Source: Candidatus Woesearchaeota archaeon (GTDB lineage Archaea > Nanobdellota > Nanobdellia > Woesearchaeales > GW2011-AR9). Taken from it: 64,000 nt of DNA. Made by a program: the position numbers and the translations under genes. Below, in pieces: positions 19,797 to 30,480 of this stretch; the first letter of the stretch is position 1, and each line of letters starts with the position of its first letter. The notes below the pieces were generated by a model. The model ran no database searches. It was not told where the DNA came from and worked only from the letters and a program-made list of their open reading frames with translations. The stretch lies in contig JACPNA010000042.1 of NCBI GenBank assembly GCA_016185725.1, positions 1,681 to 65,680 of the forward strand, read 5' to 3'.

Positions 19797-20752
19797 ATTA
19801 TTCGAAAATAAAAAATTTATCGAAAAATATCCTAAAAATATCTGTTACTATTTTGATTATAATTTTTCTGATTTATAAAATAGGATTGAACAACCTAATT
19901 TCCACTTTATCTTCAGCCAACATATTAATTCTTTTAGTGATAATTCCGATAAAATTAATCTCTTTATTATTTACAACTTTAAACATAAAAATATTACTGG
20001 ATGTAATTAAAAAAAAAATAACTTTTTACAAATTATTTATTTATTCCAATCTTGCTTGGTCTATAGGCTTATTCCTTCCTGGTCGTCTAGGTGAATTTTC
20101 TCTTAGTCATTTTTTACAAGAAGAAGATTATACCTTAGGAGAAAGCGCTGCTGTTTCTTTATTAGATAAAATAAGTACATTTATTGTATTAGGCATATTA
20201 TCAATATTAGCCATACTCAAATATTTTGATACAATTTATGCCCTACAATTTTCTTTAATTCTTTTAACAATCTTAATCATCAGTTTATTTTTATTATCCA
20301 ACGAAAAAATAAGAAATATAATAAAGCAAAAAATCTTAGGAAAATATTCCTTATTATTTTATGGCTTTTATACTTCTTTTAAAGATATTCTAATAAATCA
20401 TAAAAAAATCTTTATATTAAACCTTCTTACCACATTAATCAAATGGAGTTTTAGTTTTCTTACTATTAAGATAATATTTATATCTTTAGGAACACCAACA
20501 CACTTTCTTGATATATCTTATATTACTTCCCTTTCCATGATTATTGCCTTAATTCCTATTAGCATAGGAGGGATTGGATTAAGAGAATCAACGGCAGTTT
20601 ATCTCTTTAATATTGTTTATATAAAACCAGAAATTACTTTAGCAGCACATTTAATTAATATTGCATTGAATTATATTATTGCTTTCATATTTATAACATT
20701 TAACTGGGACCTAATCAAAATCAACAAAGAAAAATATTCCAGCAAAAAATGA
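19793..20752 (+). CDS. PF03706/UPF0104 flippase-like membrane protein
   Basis: It overlaps the upstream GT2 stop by 4 nt and carries the motif LPGRLGEFS. It has 8 TM helices and is a paralog of the 10451-11425 protein. Confidence 0.5.
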   Translation: MNYSKIKNLSKNILKISVTILIIIFLIYKIGLNNLISTLSSANILILLVIIPIKLISLLFTTLNIKILLDVIKKKITFYKLFIYSNLAWSIGLFLPGRLGEFSLSHFLQEEDYTLGESAAVSLLDKISTFIVLGILSILAILKYFDTIYALQFSLILLTILIISLFLLSNEKIRNIIKQKILGKYSLLFYGFYTSFKDILINHKKIFILNLLTTLIKWSFSFLTIKIIFISLGTPTHFLDISYITSLSMIIALIPISIGGIGLRESTAVYLFNIVYIKPEITLAAHLINIALNYIIAFIFITFNWDLIKINKEKYSSKK

Positions 20753-20809
20753 AGATATTATTCTGTTCAAGACTTTGCCAAAACATTGATTCCTTTATCA
20801 TATTATCTT

Positions 20810-22945
20810 TTAATTTTTAACATTGAAGTTTCCATTCAAAATCTCCTCCACTCTAAAACAAATTTCCATTGATTCATATGCCTTATTCGCATCAATCAAT
20901 TCTGATTTTTCTCCGCGTAATTTTTTCAACAATTCTACAAGTTCAGCATAGTGCCCTTTATCTTGTTTTATACTGGATTTTTTACCATTAATAAACAACT
21001 GTTCAAAATCATCTAATACTGCAACATTACCTCCGCCAAATATCTCAATTCTTTCTTTAGATAAAGTATCATTAGCATAATCAGTATACACTAAAGTAGC
21101 AACAGATCCATCCCCATATTTAATCGTGACTGCCGCATTATTACTATCTATAACTCTTCCGTCCGAATTGATCTTATAAGCATTAATCTCTGAAAAACGA
21201 GTTCCAATTATATAATTAAAAAAACTAAACATATGGCACATCTCTCCTATAATCCTTCCCCCGCCTTCCTCTGGATCATTAACCCAATCCTCTCTTCCCG
21301 TCGGCTTGGTATTAACGCGATAATTAATTATTAGCGGATAATCACGTGTTTCAAAAAATGATTTAACCTGCTGAGTCAGAGGAGCATAATTTCTATTGAA
21401 ACCAACACTATACACCAATCCCTTCCCCTTCAACGTATTTAAAATGCTCCTGCATTCCTCTCGAGTAATCCCCATTGGTTTCTCTACAAATACCTGCTTC
21501 CCTTTTTTTAATGCTTCAATAGCAATTTTAGCATGTAAATTATGCCTTGTTGAAATAACCACTAAATGTATATCTTTATCATTAAGTACTTCTGTATAAT
21601 CTGCAGAACAATACTCCGCTCCATTAAGTAACGCTAAATTTTTAGCAGAACCTGGGTTTTTTGTTACAATGGCTTTGAGATTAAAATCATCTATCTTTTT
21701 AACATTAACTAAATGCGTGCCTTTTGCAAAATTTCCCGCACCAATTAGACCAACATTTATCTTTCCCACTATCTTTTTATTTGATGTAACTAAGCGCAAC
21801 GGCTCTTCCTTATTAAGTTCCTGGGGATAACTCAAAAGTACTATTAACGGAACAGGATTAGCTTTACTCAATGTTAAATATGCTTCTTCTGCCTCATCAA
21901 TTGAAAATTCTTTCTCTATTAACTCTTCAACAGAAATTTTCCGTTCCGCTAACAACCGTAAAAACTCTTGCATATTTCTATTTTCTGTCCATCGAACATA
22001 TCCCAAAGGATAATCCTGGCCTTTTTCCTCATAGTCTTTATCATATCTCCCCGGTCCGTATGAAGTAGAAATTAAAAAATCTAACTCTTTTTTATACATA
22101 ACCTCCCTATTGATAGTTATCGGAACCTTGCCCAACAATACAACTCTTCCTTTTTTTCTGCACATTTCCATAGAATTATTTATTATGTCCTTATTATCTG
22201 TGGCTGCACTGATGATTACACCATCTACACCTATCCCTTTCGTAAAATGAATTGCATTTTTAACAAAATCTGTTGTAAAAAATCTATGAACCTTAGCTTT
22301 TTTAGCTCTTTTTTCATTGATATCAATACCAATAACCTGACAGCCGATAGCACTGAGGATCTGACAAACTATTTGTCCTAACAATCCTAAACCATACACC
22401 ACAATAATCTCTCCGAATGAAGGATTTAATCTTCTCACACTTTGAATTGCTATTGAACCTATAGTTGTTAACGAAGCTTCTTTTAAAGAAACATTCTTAG
22501 GAATTTTTACAACTAAATTTTTAGGCACACAAACAATTTCCGCATGGCTCGCATAATTTTGTCCTCCGCAAGCAACATCATCATTAACAGAAAATTCCCT
22601 GACATTCTTGCCAACTTCCATCACCTTGCCAGAACAACTATATCCCAACCGCCACCAATTATTTAACATTTGTTTAACATAATTATACGTTTTGAAATAC
22701 CCCTCTTTTTTAGCCTTAATTATAACACTCTTAACCAACTCTTTCTTTTCTAAAGCAGTTTGATATAGCGGCTGTTTTAATTTTTTAACCGTATTCAGTT
22801 CCGTTCCGCTGCTTATTACAGAATACAAAACCTTAACTTTAACTTCATTATCTCCGCAGACAGGAACTGTAACTTCTTCAACCTGTACTCTCCCTTTCTT
22901 AGCAAAAACTTGTTTCATAGTAATACTACTCCATTTTAGCAACAA
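20810..22945 (-). CDS. Bi-domain oxidoreductase. The N-terminal part is a zinc-type MDR alcohol dehydrogenase and the C-terminal part is a Gfo/Idh/MocA NAD(P) oxidoreductase.
   Basis: The N-terminal domain has GroES-like and Rossmann regions (VVYGLGLLGQIV). The C-terminal domain begins KINVGLIGAGNFAKGTHL (Gfo/Idh/MocA). The whole protein is 711 aa. Confidence 0.7.
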   Translation of the reverse strand: MLLKWSSITMKQVFAKKGRVQVEEVTVPVCGDNEVKVKVLYSVISSGTELNTVKKLKQPLYQTALEKKELVKSVIIKAKKEGYFKTYNYVKQMLNNWWRLGYSCSGKVMEVGKNVREFSVNDDVACGGQNYASHAEIVCVPKNLVVKIPKNVSLKEASLTTIGSIAIQSVRRLNPSFGEIIVVYGLGLLGQIVCQILSAIGCQVIGIDINEKRAKKAKVHRFFTTDFVKNAIHFTKGIGVDGVIISAATDNKDIINNSMEMCRKKGRVVLLGKVPITINREVMYKKELDFLISTSYGPGRYDKDYEEKGQDYPLGYVRWTENRNMQEFLRLLAERKISVEELIEKEFSIDEAEEAYLTLSKANPVPLIVLLSYPQELNKEEPLRLVTSNKKIVGKINVGLIGAGNFAKGTHLVNVKKIDDFNLKAIVTKNPGSAKNLALLNGAEYCSADYTEVLNDKDIHLVVISTRHNLHAKIAIEALKKGKQVFVEKPMGITREECRSILNTLKGKGLVYSVGFNRNYAPLTQQVKSFFETRDYPLIINYRVNTKPTGREDWVNDPEEGGGRIIGEMCHMFSFFNYIIGTRFSEINAYKINSDGRVIDSNNAAVTIKYGDGSVATLVYTDYANDTLSKERIEIFGGGNVAVLDDFEQLFINGKKSSIKQDKGHYAELVELLKKLRGEKSELIDANKAYESMEICFRVEEILNGNFNVKN

Positions 22946-22977
22946 TATTTAAATATTTTGAAGTTCAAATCCCTTTA

Positions 22978-24870
22978 ATGACAAATAAGCTAAAGTTTTA
23001 TAGTAACAGACTTAAATGTATGAGTTTGCCGGAACTTCTCTACCGAATTAAATGGAAAACCAAACTAGAAACATATTATAAAATTTTAAGCTTAAAACAA
23101 CAAAAAATAAACCTTCCATTTGAACAATTACAGCAAGATTTTAACTCAACAAAATTTTGGTTTGAATATTCCCAAGAAAAAAACAAAGAAAAAATATTAC
23201 AAGAATATTATCCTAATCTTACCCCAAAAAGCACCATCTCAAAAGCTAATGCCTACCTGCAACACACCATTCCCATCTATGAACTTAGAAAAAACCTTGG
23301 GAAAGAAATAAATTGGAACAAAGATTACAAAACAGAAAAGATTTGGACACGCCAATTCATTGGTAAAATCCATCATGCAGATTCTAATTATGGTTATGTT
23401 CGCTACATTTGGGAGCTTAATCGCTGTAATCACCTCGTAACTTTAGCCCAAGCTTATTTTCTCACTGAAAACGAAAAATACGCTCAAGAGATCATTAGCC
23501 AAATAGGATCCTGGATTGGACAAAACCCTTACTTGAAAACTATCAACTGGTTTTCCGGATTAGAATTAGGAACCCGTATCATCAACTGGACCATTGCTCT
23601 AAAACTCATCAAAAAATCATCGTATTTGACACAAGAAAGATTAAATAACGCCTTATCATCAATTTATCTCCAAACAGATTTTACTTATCATAACCTATCT
23701 AAATACTCTTCTGCTAACAACCATTTGGTAGGAGAATTAGCAAGTATCAAATTAACAACTGCTGTCTTCCCCCACTTCCCTCACGCTAAAAAATGGAACA
23801 AAATAAGTACAAAAAAAATAGACCGTGAAATACTTCAACAAATTTATGAAGACGGTGTAGGTAAAGAGCAATCAGTAAATTACTTATTATTTATCCTAGA
23901 CCTCTATTTTTGGAGTTCCTTGGCTATTGACCAAGAAATAAAACCAGAAATAAAAACAAGAATAATAAAAAGTAGAGAATTCTTATCCGCCCTAGAAATA
24001 GGAACATTTCTACCATCCATTGGCGATACTGATGAAGCCTATGTATCCGGCATTCATTCTGAAAAAGAAAGAATTAATTTCTTTAACCATTGGACTGCCA
24101 AAATCAATCATAACCCACAAATCAAAAATACCCCTAGCAAACTATTCCCCTTAGGCGGCTATTTCATCTCAAAAAACACTGCACAAAACACCACTTTAAT
24201 CTTCGACTGTGGTCCTCTTGGCTACCTTTCTACTTCCGGACATGGTCACTGTGATGCCCTTAGTTTTATCCTCACCATAAACAACAAACCATTTTTTACT
24301 GATCCTGGAACGTATGTCTATCATGAAGGAAAAGAATGGCGTAATTACTTCAAATCCACTGAAGCACACAATACTATCAAAATTGATCAAAGAGATCAAT
24401 CGCAAATAACTGGTCCATTCACCTACGGAAAAAAAGCCCAAACAAAAATAATCAATTCCAAAATCAATCCCATAATTGACGAAATTACTGCTTCACATAA
24501 CGGCTATAAAAACAGAGGAGTAATTCATCAACGTACAATAACCCATGACAAAAAAGCACAAGAAATTACTATTTTAGACATATTACAAACAAAAAACAAT
24601 AAACCGCATGAATTATCTCTCTTCTTCAATTTATCTCCAACAATAAAAATACAAGAATCATCAAATAATCACTTCATTTTATCCCAAGAAAAAACAAAAA
24701 TAAAACTAACTTTAGATCCCTCATTAAATACTACGCAACACCATGGCGAAACAAACCCTATTTTTGGTTGGAATTCACCTCAATTCGGCATAAAAATACC
24801 CTCCTTGTGCTTAGAAAGTACAACTAAAATAACCACAACTACGACCTTTAAGACAACAATCACTTATTAA
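22978..24870 (+). CDS. Heparinase II/III-like family protein (polysaccharide lyase-like fold; function in glycan biosynthesis unknown)
   Basis: It contains NWFSGLELGTRIINW (Hepar_II_III_N) and a GHGHCDALSF motif, and has 630 aa. Confidence 0.65.
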   Translation: MTNKLKFYSNRLKCMSLPELLYRIKWKTKLETYYKILSLKQQKINLPFEQLQQDFNSTKFWFEYSQEKNKEKILQEYYPNLTPKSTISKANAYLQHTIPIYELRKNLGKEINWNKDYKTEKIWTRQFIGKIHHADSNYGYVRYIWELNRCNHLVTLAQAYFLTENEKYAQEIISQIGSWIGQNPYLKTINWFSGLELGTRIINWTIALKLIKKSSYLTQERLNNALSSIYLQTDFTYHNLSKYSSANNHLVGELASIKLTTAVFPHFPHAKKWNKISTKKIDREILQQIYEDGVGKEQSVNYLLFILDLYFWSSLAIDQEIKPEIKTRIIKSREFLSALEIGTFLPSIGDTDEAYVSGIHSEKERINFFNHWTAKINHNPQIKNTPSKLFPLGGYFISKNTAQNTTLIFDCGPLGYLSTSGHGHCDALSFILTINNKPFFTDPGTYVYHEGKEWRNYFKSTEAHNTIKIDQRDQSQITGPFTYGKKAQTKIINSKINPIIDEITASHNGYKNRGVIHQRTITHDKKAQEITILDILQTKNNKPHELSLFFNLSPTIKIQESSNNHFILSQEKTKIKLTLDPSLNTTQHHGETNPIFGWNSPQFGIKIPSLCLESTTKITTTTTFKTTITY

Positions 24871-25909
24871 CATTTATTTCCAACAAAACAGAATCCACGA
24901 TAATATTGGCCGTATTAACCAATTGTGTATCAATTATTCCCTTTATTTTTAATAACCATTTCTTTTTCTCTTTTTCATTCAATAATTCATCTATTTTCTT
25001 AAAAATATCTTTCTCTTCTTCTATCTTATAAATTCCTCCCCAACTCAAAAAAGGATTGTTCGCATACATTTCTCTACCACCGGTATAAATGCATGGTACT
25101 CCTAATAACGCTGATTCTCTCGCCATACTATCCCCCGAAGACAAGCAAAACAAAGCATAATACATTATCGAATAAACATCATCTAATGGTTCTTCTAATA
25201 TTGTACAATAAGGAGCATAAAATTCTCTTCTAGACTTATCTTCTAAAGAAAGCATTACTTTTATTCCTTTTTCCTGTAAATATTTTATAGAACTAACCAA
25301 CCCTTCTTGTTTGAGATTAGTATAATTCATACTAATCCCTGCTACCTCTCTTACAAAAACATAATTATTCTGTTCTAATCTTAAATCTTCAATTATTTTC
25401 TTTTTAGGTTTGTAAAAATCAGGGTGTAAATAAGCCAGCTCTTTAAATCCCCCATAAGCAACTATTTTCTTTGACCGTTTTGGAATTACCTTTGGAATTA
25501 TTAATTTATTAGCAAAAAAATAAGATAAACTAAAATTCAATTTAAATTCATAATCATCATAAAATAAAATTGATTTTATACCTAACAATCGAGAACAGAA
25601 TGCTAACGTAAAATCACCCACCCCTAACGTTAAACTAGCCTTGTTTTTTTTTAAATATTGTAATAGTCCTTTAATCCGCTTCATCACCATAAAAATTTTA
25701 CCAAAAGTATTCGGACTATATACTCCTATTTTTGTTAACGTATACGCGGGAAATTCTTTTTGTAATACTTTTTCTATTTTTCCCCTATCTAAATAAACAA
25801 TTTCTATCTCAAACCCTCTTTTATTAAGTTCTCTAATAGCCTTCTTAAAAAAATTCAAATGCGCTAAATGTATCACACTAAAAATAATTTTATTTGCTAT
25901 TGTCTTCAC
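24860..25909 (-). CDS. DUF354-family protein (GT-B/UDP-GlcNAc 2-epimerase-like fold)
   Basis: The 349-aa protein has a tandem Rossmann-like architecture, a glycine-rich C-terminal half (GGREMYANNPFLSWGG) and a sequence character typical of archaeal DUF354. Confidence 0.4.
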   Translation of the reverse strand: MKTIANKIIFSVIHLAHLNFFKKAIRELNKRGFEIEIVYLDRGKIEKVLQKEFPAYTLTKIGVYSPNTFGKIFMVMKRIKGLLQYLKKNKASLTLGVGDFTLAFCSRLLGIKSILFYDDYEFKLNFSLSYFFANKLIIPKVIPKRSKKIVAYGGFKELAYLHPDFYKPKKKIIEDLRLEQNNYVFVREVAGISMNYTNLKQEGLVSSIKYLQEKGIKVMLSLEDKSRREFYAPYCTILEEPLDDVYSIMYYALFCLSSGDSMARESALLGVPCIYTGGREMYANNPFLSWGGIYKIEEEKDIFKKIDELLNEKEKKKWLLKIKGIIDTQLVNTANIIVDSVLLEINVNK

Positions 25910-25937
25910 CTTAATCTAATTGTAATCACGCTCATCA

Positions 25938-27236
25938 TCAAACAAGTAATTTATAATTTTTAAATTCTGATCCTTTTTTCTTCAATAAGCCGTTTAAATC
26001 AATAATCTTCCCCTCATACCATTTTAATTTATCAATGCCTAAATAATCTACTGACCCTATAATTATAGTGTCAAATTTATTCAAATCTGGTTCTTTTACC
26101 GCCAAAAGTCCCATTTGTGGCAGTGTACTTTCAATAAATGTTTTATTAGCTCCTAATAATAAATCTTGTTCAAAAAGATTATCTACAAATTGTACATTGT
26201 AATTTAAATCCTTCAAATTACGCATTAACTTAACGTATGGGCTTTCTCTAAAATCATCTGTTCCATTCTTAAAAGTTATCCCTGAAATTAAAATATTTTG
26301 AGGATTTCCCTCTGTGATTTTTTGTAATGAATATCGTATCTGTTCATCATTCGATTTCATTACTGATTCTAAAACTAATGGAAATGTGCCCGAAGTTAAA
26401 GTTAAAATACCTTTCAAATCCTTCGGTAAACATGAACCCCCAAACGCAAATCCTGGTTTTAAATAATAAGGAGATAAATTTAAAGTCTTATCTTGACAAA
26501 AAATATTCATAATCTTATGGCTATCTATGCCTAATTCATTGCAAATTCTCCCTATCTCATTGGCAAACCCTACTTTTAACCCATGAAATGCATTATTAGT
26601 ATACTTAAATATCTCCGCTTCTTCTAACTTAACACGATGAATATTTTCTTTAACCCCTATCTTATCATAAAATTGTTCTAATAAATCGCCAGATTTTCCA
26701 TCAGCTTGACCAATTATTGTAAATGGTGGATGATAAAAATCTTGCACCGATGTGCCTTCCCTTAAAAATTCAGGGTTCATGCATCCCCCAAAACTTTTCC
26801 CCAGATATAATCCTGAATTTTTTTCAATGACTTTAATAAAATTTTGAGTTGTTCCAGGAGGAACAGTACTTCGAATAACAAATAGATGATAACCAGATTT
26901 ATTACGCAATTCTAAATTTAATTGTTCAGCTAAATTAGATATAGCATCTAAATTAATGCTGCCGTCTTCTCTTGATGGGGTTCCTACACATATAAATGAA
27001 ATATCAGTCTCATGTAAGACTTCCCCTAATGACTCTGTAACTTTAATCCTTTGTTTTCTTACTCCTTCTAATAATAACGCCGAAACTTCTTTCTCCTTAA
27101 AAGGAGAAACCCCTTTTTGAATAAGAGCATTCTTTTTTACATCAATATCATATCCCAAAACTGTAATACCTTCTTGTGCTAAGCAACCGGCAAGTGTTGC
27201 TCCTACATAACCAAAACCAAACACACTAACCTTCAT
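25938..27236 (-). CDS. Nucleotide-sugar 6-dehydrogenase (UDP-ManNAc/UDP-GlcNAc/UDP-Glc dehydrogenase family)
   Basis: It has an N-terminal NAD fold (VFGFGYVGATLAGCLA) and the catalytic Cys motif GGSCLPKD, and has 432 aa. Confidence 0.8.
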   Translation of the reverse strand: MKVSVFGFGYVGATLAGCLAQEGITVLGYDIDVKKNALIQKGVSPFKEKEVSALLLEGVRKQRIKVTESLGEVLHETDISFICVGTPSREDGSINLDAISNLAEQLNLELRNKSGYHLFVIRSTVPPGTTQNFIKVIEKNSGLYLGKSFGGCMNPEFLREGTSVQDFYHPPFTIIGQADGKSGDLLEQFYDKIGVKENIHRVKLEEAEIFKYTNNAFHGLKVGFANEIGRICNELGIDSHKIMNIFCQDKTLNLSPYYLKPGFAFGGSCLPKDLKGILTLTSGTFPLVLESVMKSNDEQIRYSLQKITEGNPQNILISGITFKNGTDDFRESPYVKLMRNLKDLNYNVQFVDNLFEQDLLLGANKTFIESTLPQMGLLAVKEPDLNKFDTIIIGSVDYLGIDKLKWYEGKIIDLNGLLKKKGSEFKNYKLLV

Positions 27237-28201
27237 TTGGGATTCCTCCTAAAATTATACACCAAATCATACCACTCCACCAACCTTCTCACACCTTCTT
27301 CAATACTGACTTTTGGTTCATAACCTAACATTTCCCTGCTTTTAGAAACATCGGCAAATGTCATCTCTACATCCCCTTGCTGTTTCTCCACATATCGAAT
27401 TTTCACCTTTTTATTTAAATTATTCTCAATTAATGAAACAAAATAATTTAGTTGTACTGGATTTGCACCACCTAAATTAAATAGTTCATATTTATGGCTC
27501 TTATCCAACGCAGCTACAACTCCCCCAACAATATCGCTAATATAAGTATAATCTCGTCTAGATGTTCCCTCTCCATAAATTTCTATCTCTTCTCCTCGAG
27601 CAATCTTATCCACAAATTTAAATGGAGCCATGTCCGGCCTTCCTCTTGGACCATATACCGTAAAGAATCGCAAACAAGAACAATTTAAATCATAAAGATG
27701 ATTATAATTATAACAAAATAACTCTCCCGCTTTCTTACAAGCAGCATAAGGAGATATCGGCTTATCAACCATATCTGTTTCTTTAAAACAACCCTCTGTC
27801 CTATTACCATAAACCGAAGAACTTGACGCAAACACGAAATTATCTATCCCATATTGTTTTGCCAATTCCAACAAATTAAGCGTCCCTCTAATATTAACCT
27901 CTTCGTATAAAAAAGGATTATTAATCGAAGGTCTAATCCCTGCTCGAGCCGCTAAATGTATTATCTTCCGTGGATTTTCTTTTTCAAAAACACTTCGCAT
28001 TAACGAAAAATCTAAAATATCCCCGCGACATAATCGACAATTTCTTTTTTCTAAACAATCAACAATATTCCGCTCCTTAATCCTTGGATTATAATAATCA
28101 TTAAAATTATCCACACAAACAACTTCATCTTCTCGCGCTAACAATTCTTCACAAACATGGCTTCCGATAAATCCTGCTCCGCCTGTAACTAATATTTTCA
28201 T
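27233..28201 (-). CDS. UDP-glucuronate 4-epimerase-like SDR (NAD-dependent epimerase)
   Basis: It contains [24 protein letters not shown] (YxxxK) and RFFTVYGPRGRPDMA, which is characteristic of UDP-GlcA 4-epimerases. Confidence 0.7.
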   Translation of the reverse strand: MKILVTGGAGFIGSHVCEELLAREDEVVCVDNFNDYYNPRIKERNIVDCLEKRNCRLCRGDILDFSLMRSVFEKENPRKIIHLAARAGIRPSINNPFLYEEVNIRGTLNLLELAKQYGIDNFVFASSSSVYGNRTEGCFKETDMVDKPISPYAACKKAGELFCYNYNHLYDLNCSCLRFFTVYGPRGRPDMAPFKFVDKIARGEEIEIYGEGTSRRDYTYISDIVGGVVAALDKSHKYELFNLGGANPVQLNYFVSLIENNLNKKVKIRYVEKQQGDVEMTFADVSKSREMLGYEPKVSIEEGVRRLVEWYDLVYNFRRNPK

Positions 28202-28204
28202 ATT

Positions 28205-29155
28205 CTACTCTCCGATCAACCCTCTAAAATATGTTATTGTCTTTTTCAAACCATCTTCTAAATCTATCCTTGGCTCCCAATCTAATTTCTTTTTAGCTAA
28301 ACTTACATCTGGTTTACGTTTACAAGGATCATCTTGGGGCAATTTTTGATAAACAATCCTGCTTTTACTCCCGGTATAAGCAATAACTTTCTCCGCTAAT
28401 TCCAACATTGTAAATTCATTAGGATTACCTAAATTAACCGGTCCATTGAAATTTTCACAATTCATCATTTTAATCATACCCGCAACTAAATCATCAACAT
28501 ACTGAAAACTTCTCGTTTGTTTTCCATCGCCATAAATTGTAATATCCTTGCCTTCTAACGCTTGCACAATAAAATTACTAACCACTCTGCCATCATTTTT
28601 TGCCATTCTCGGTCCATAAGTATTAAAAATTCTCACAATTCTCACCTCTACATAATTCTGGCGATTATAATCAAAAAATAACGTTTCCGCAACCCGTTTG
28701 CCTTCATCATAACATGCCCTTATCCCATCACAATTGACATTACCTTTATAACGTTCAGTTTGCGGATGTTCTAGCGGATCACCATACACTTCCGAAGTTG
28801 ACGCTTGTAATATTCTCGCTTTGTGTTTCTTAGCTAAACCTAACATATTTATTACCCCAATAGTATTAGCTTTAATCGTTCTAATAGCATTATACTGATA
28901 ATGTACTGGTGAAGCGGGACAAGCTAAATTATAAATTTCATCAACATGTTTATCCGCAAAATAAGGATTTATAATATCATGTTCAACAAATTCAAAATTA
29001 TTATCACTTAACAAATGTTTAATATTCTCCTCACTTCCCGTAAATAAATTATCTACACAAATAACATTTTCTCCATTAGACAACAATTTCTCGCATAAAT
29101 GGCTTCCAATAAATCCTGCTCCTCCTGTAACCAGAATATTTTTTTTCTTTATCAT
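28205..29155 (-). CDS. UDP-glucuronate decarboxylase (UDP-xylose synthase, UXS)
   Basis: It contains [19 protein letters not shown]...[18 protein letters not shown] and YDEGKRVAE (YxxxK), a typical UXS signature. It has 316 aa. Confidence 0.75.
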   Translation of the reverse strand: MIKKKNILVTGGAGFIGSHLCEKLLSNGENVICVDNLFTGSEENIKHLLSDNNFEFVEHDIINPYFADKHVDEIYNLACPASPVHYQYNAIRTIKANTIGVINMLGLAKKHKARILQASTSEVYGDPLEHPQTERYKGNVNCDGIRACYDEGKRVAETLFFDYNRQNYVEVRIVRIFNTYGPRMAKNDGRVVSNFIVQALEGKDITIYGDGKQTRSFQYVDDLVAGMIKMMNCENFNGPVNLGNPNEFTMLELAEKVIAYTGSKSRIVYQKLPQDDPCKRKPDVSLAKKKLDWEPRIDLEDGLKKTITYFRGLIGE

Positions 29156-30480
29156 AGTTGTAAAGGATAATTCCTCCCCACACCATAATAATTAAATCCA
29201 TGATTATTTGCTGCTTTTGGCAACCATCTATTCCTTAAATCAAATATCAAATTACCTTGCATTAATTCTTTTAATCTATCAAAATCAGGTGCGTCAAACT
29301 CTTTCCATTCTGTTAATAATATCAACGCATCAGCATCTTTAACTGCAGCATATTTATCTTCTGCAAAATTGACTTTATCCCCGAAAATTTGCCTTGCTTT
29401 ACCATCTTGTGGATCATAAGCAACAACTCTAGCTCCTTCTTTAATCAATCTTTCAATTATTGGAACAGAAGCTGCATCTCTCATATCATCAGTATTAGGT
29501 TTAAATGTCAATCCCCAAACTGCTACGTTAACTTTATCGCCTGTCAACAATTTTTGCACTCTTTCCCCCATATAATTCTTATGTGCCTCATTTGAATGAT
29601 GAATTTGACTTAACAATAGGGGGTCATATCCATTTTCTCTAGCTCTTGCCGCTAACCCCTGTACATCCTTTGGAAAACAACTTCCCCCATATCCTGGACT
29701 AGGAAACATAAATTTATAACCTATTCTTTGATCTTCACACACCATTTTTCGTATAATATCCATGTCCGCTTCCGGAGTAATATCTGCAATCCTCGCAAAT
29801 TCATTGATCGTCGCTATTCTTGTTGCTAACGCCGTATTGGAAAACAATTTTGCTAATTCTGCATCTGCTGGTGAACCGCGAATAATTCTATCACTTTGAA
29901 TATTAAATGGATGATACAATTCTTGCATAACTCTAAACGCCTCATCAGAATGAGTGCCAATAATTATTCGATCTGGTTTAGCAAAATCACTAATCGCTGT
30001 TCCTTCCGCTAACGTTTCCGGATTAGAAACATATCCCCATCTAACCTTTGCTCCTTTTAACTTATTATTAAAAATATTATTTACCAATTCATAAGTTCCT
30101 TGTGGCACCGTACTCTTTCCTACAACAACTTTAAATCCCTCAGCATCTTTTAAAATATCGCCTATCTCTTCCGCTACACTTTTAACATATCTCAAATCAA
30201 ATGAACCATCTTCATCAGAAGGTGTTCCTACCGCAATAAATATCACTTTAGAATTTAACACCGGCTCTCTTAAATGATAAGTAAATTTCAAATTACCGTT
30301 AGCTAAATTGTTCTTAACTAACCTTTCTAATCCCGGCTCATAAATATGTACTTTACCATTATTTAAATCTTCAATTATTTCTTCATTATTATCTACACAA
30401 ACTACTTCATTGCCTCTATCTGCAAATAATGTGCCGGTAACTAAACCTACATAACCAGTTCCCACCATTGTGATTTTCAT
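29152..30480 (-). CDS. ugd: UDP-glucose 6-dehydrogenase (Ugd)
   Basis: It contains [16 protein letters not shown] and GGSCFPKD. The ORF track extends to 30540, but the ATG at 30480 is preceded by GGAGGT 8 nt upstream, so the shorter start is preferred. Confidence 0.8.
   Translation of the reverse strand: MKITMVGTGYVGLVTGTLFADRGNEVVCVDNNEEIIEDLNNGKVHIYEPGLERLVKNNLANGNLKFTYHLREPVLNSKVIFIAVGTPSDEDGSFDLRYVKSVAEEIGDILKDAEGFKVVVGKSTVPQGTYELVNNIFNNKLKGAKVRWGYVSNPETLAEGTAISDFAKPDRIIIGTHSDEAFRVMQELYHPFNIQSDRIIRGSPADAELAKLFSNTALATRIATINEFARIADITPEADMDIIRKMVCEDQRIGYKFMFPSPGYGGSCFPKDVQGLAARARENGYDPLLLSQIHHSNEAHKNYMGERVQKLLTGDKVNVAVWGLTFKPNTDDMRDAASVPIIERLIKEGARVVAYDPQDGKARQIFGDKVNFAEDKYAAVKDADALILLTEWKEFDAPDFDRLKELMQGNLIFDLRNRWLPKAANNHGFNYYGVGRNYPLQL

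Noticed and set aside
22945-22975. tRNA-like T-arm sequence (AGTTCAAATCCC) near 22955
   Set aside because: It has no acceptor or anticodon stems and the surroundings are AT-rich spacer. It is not a tRNA.
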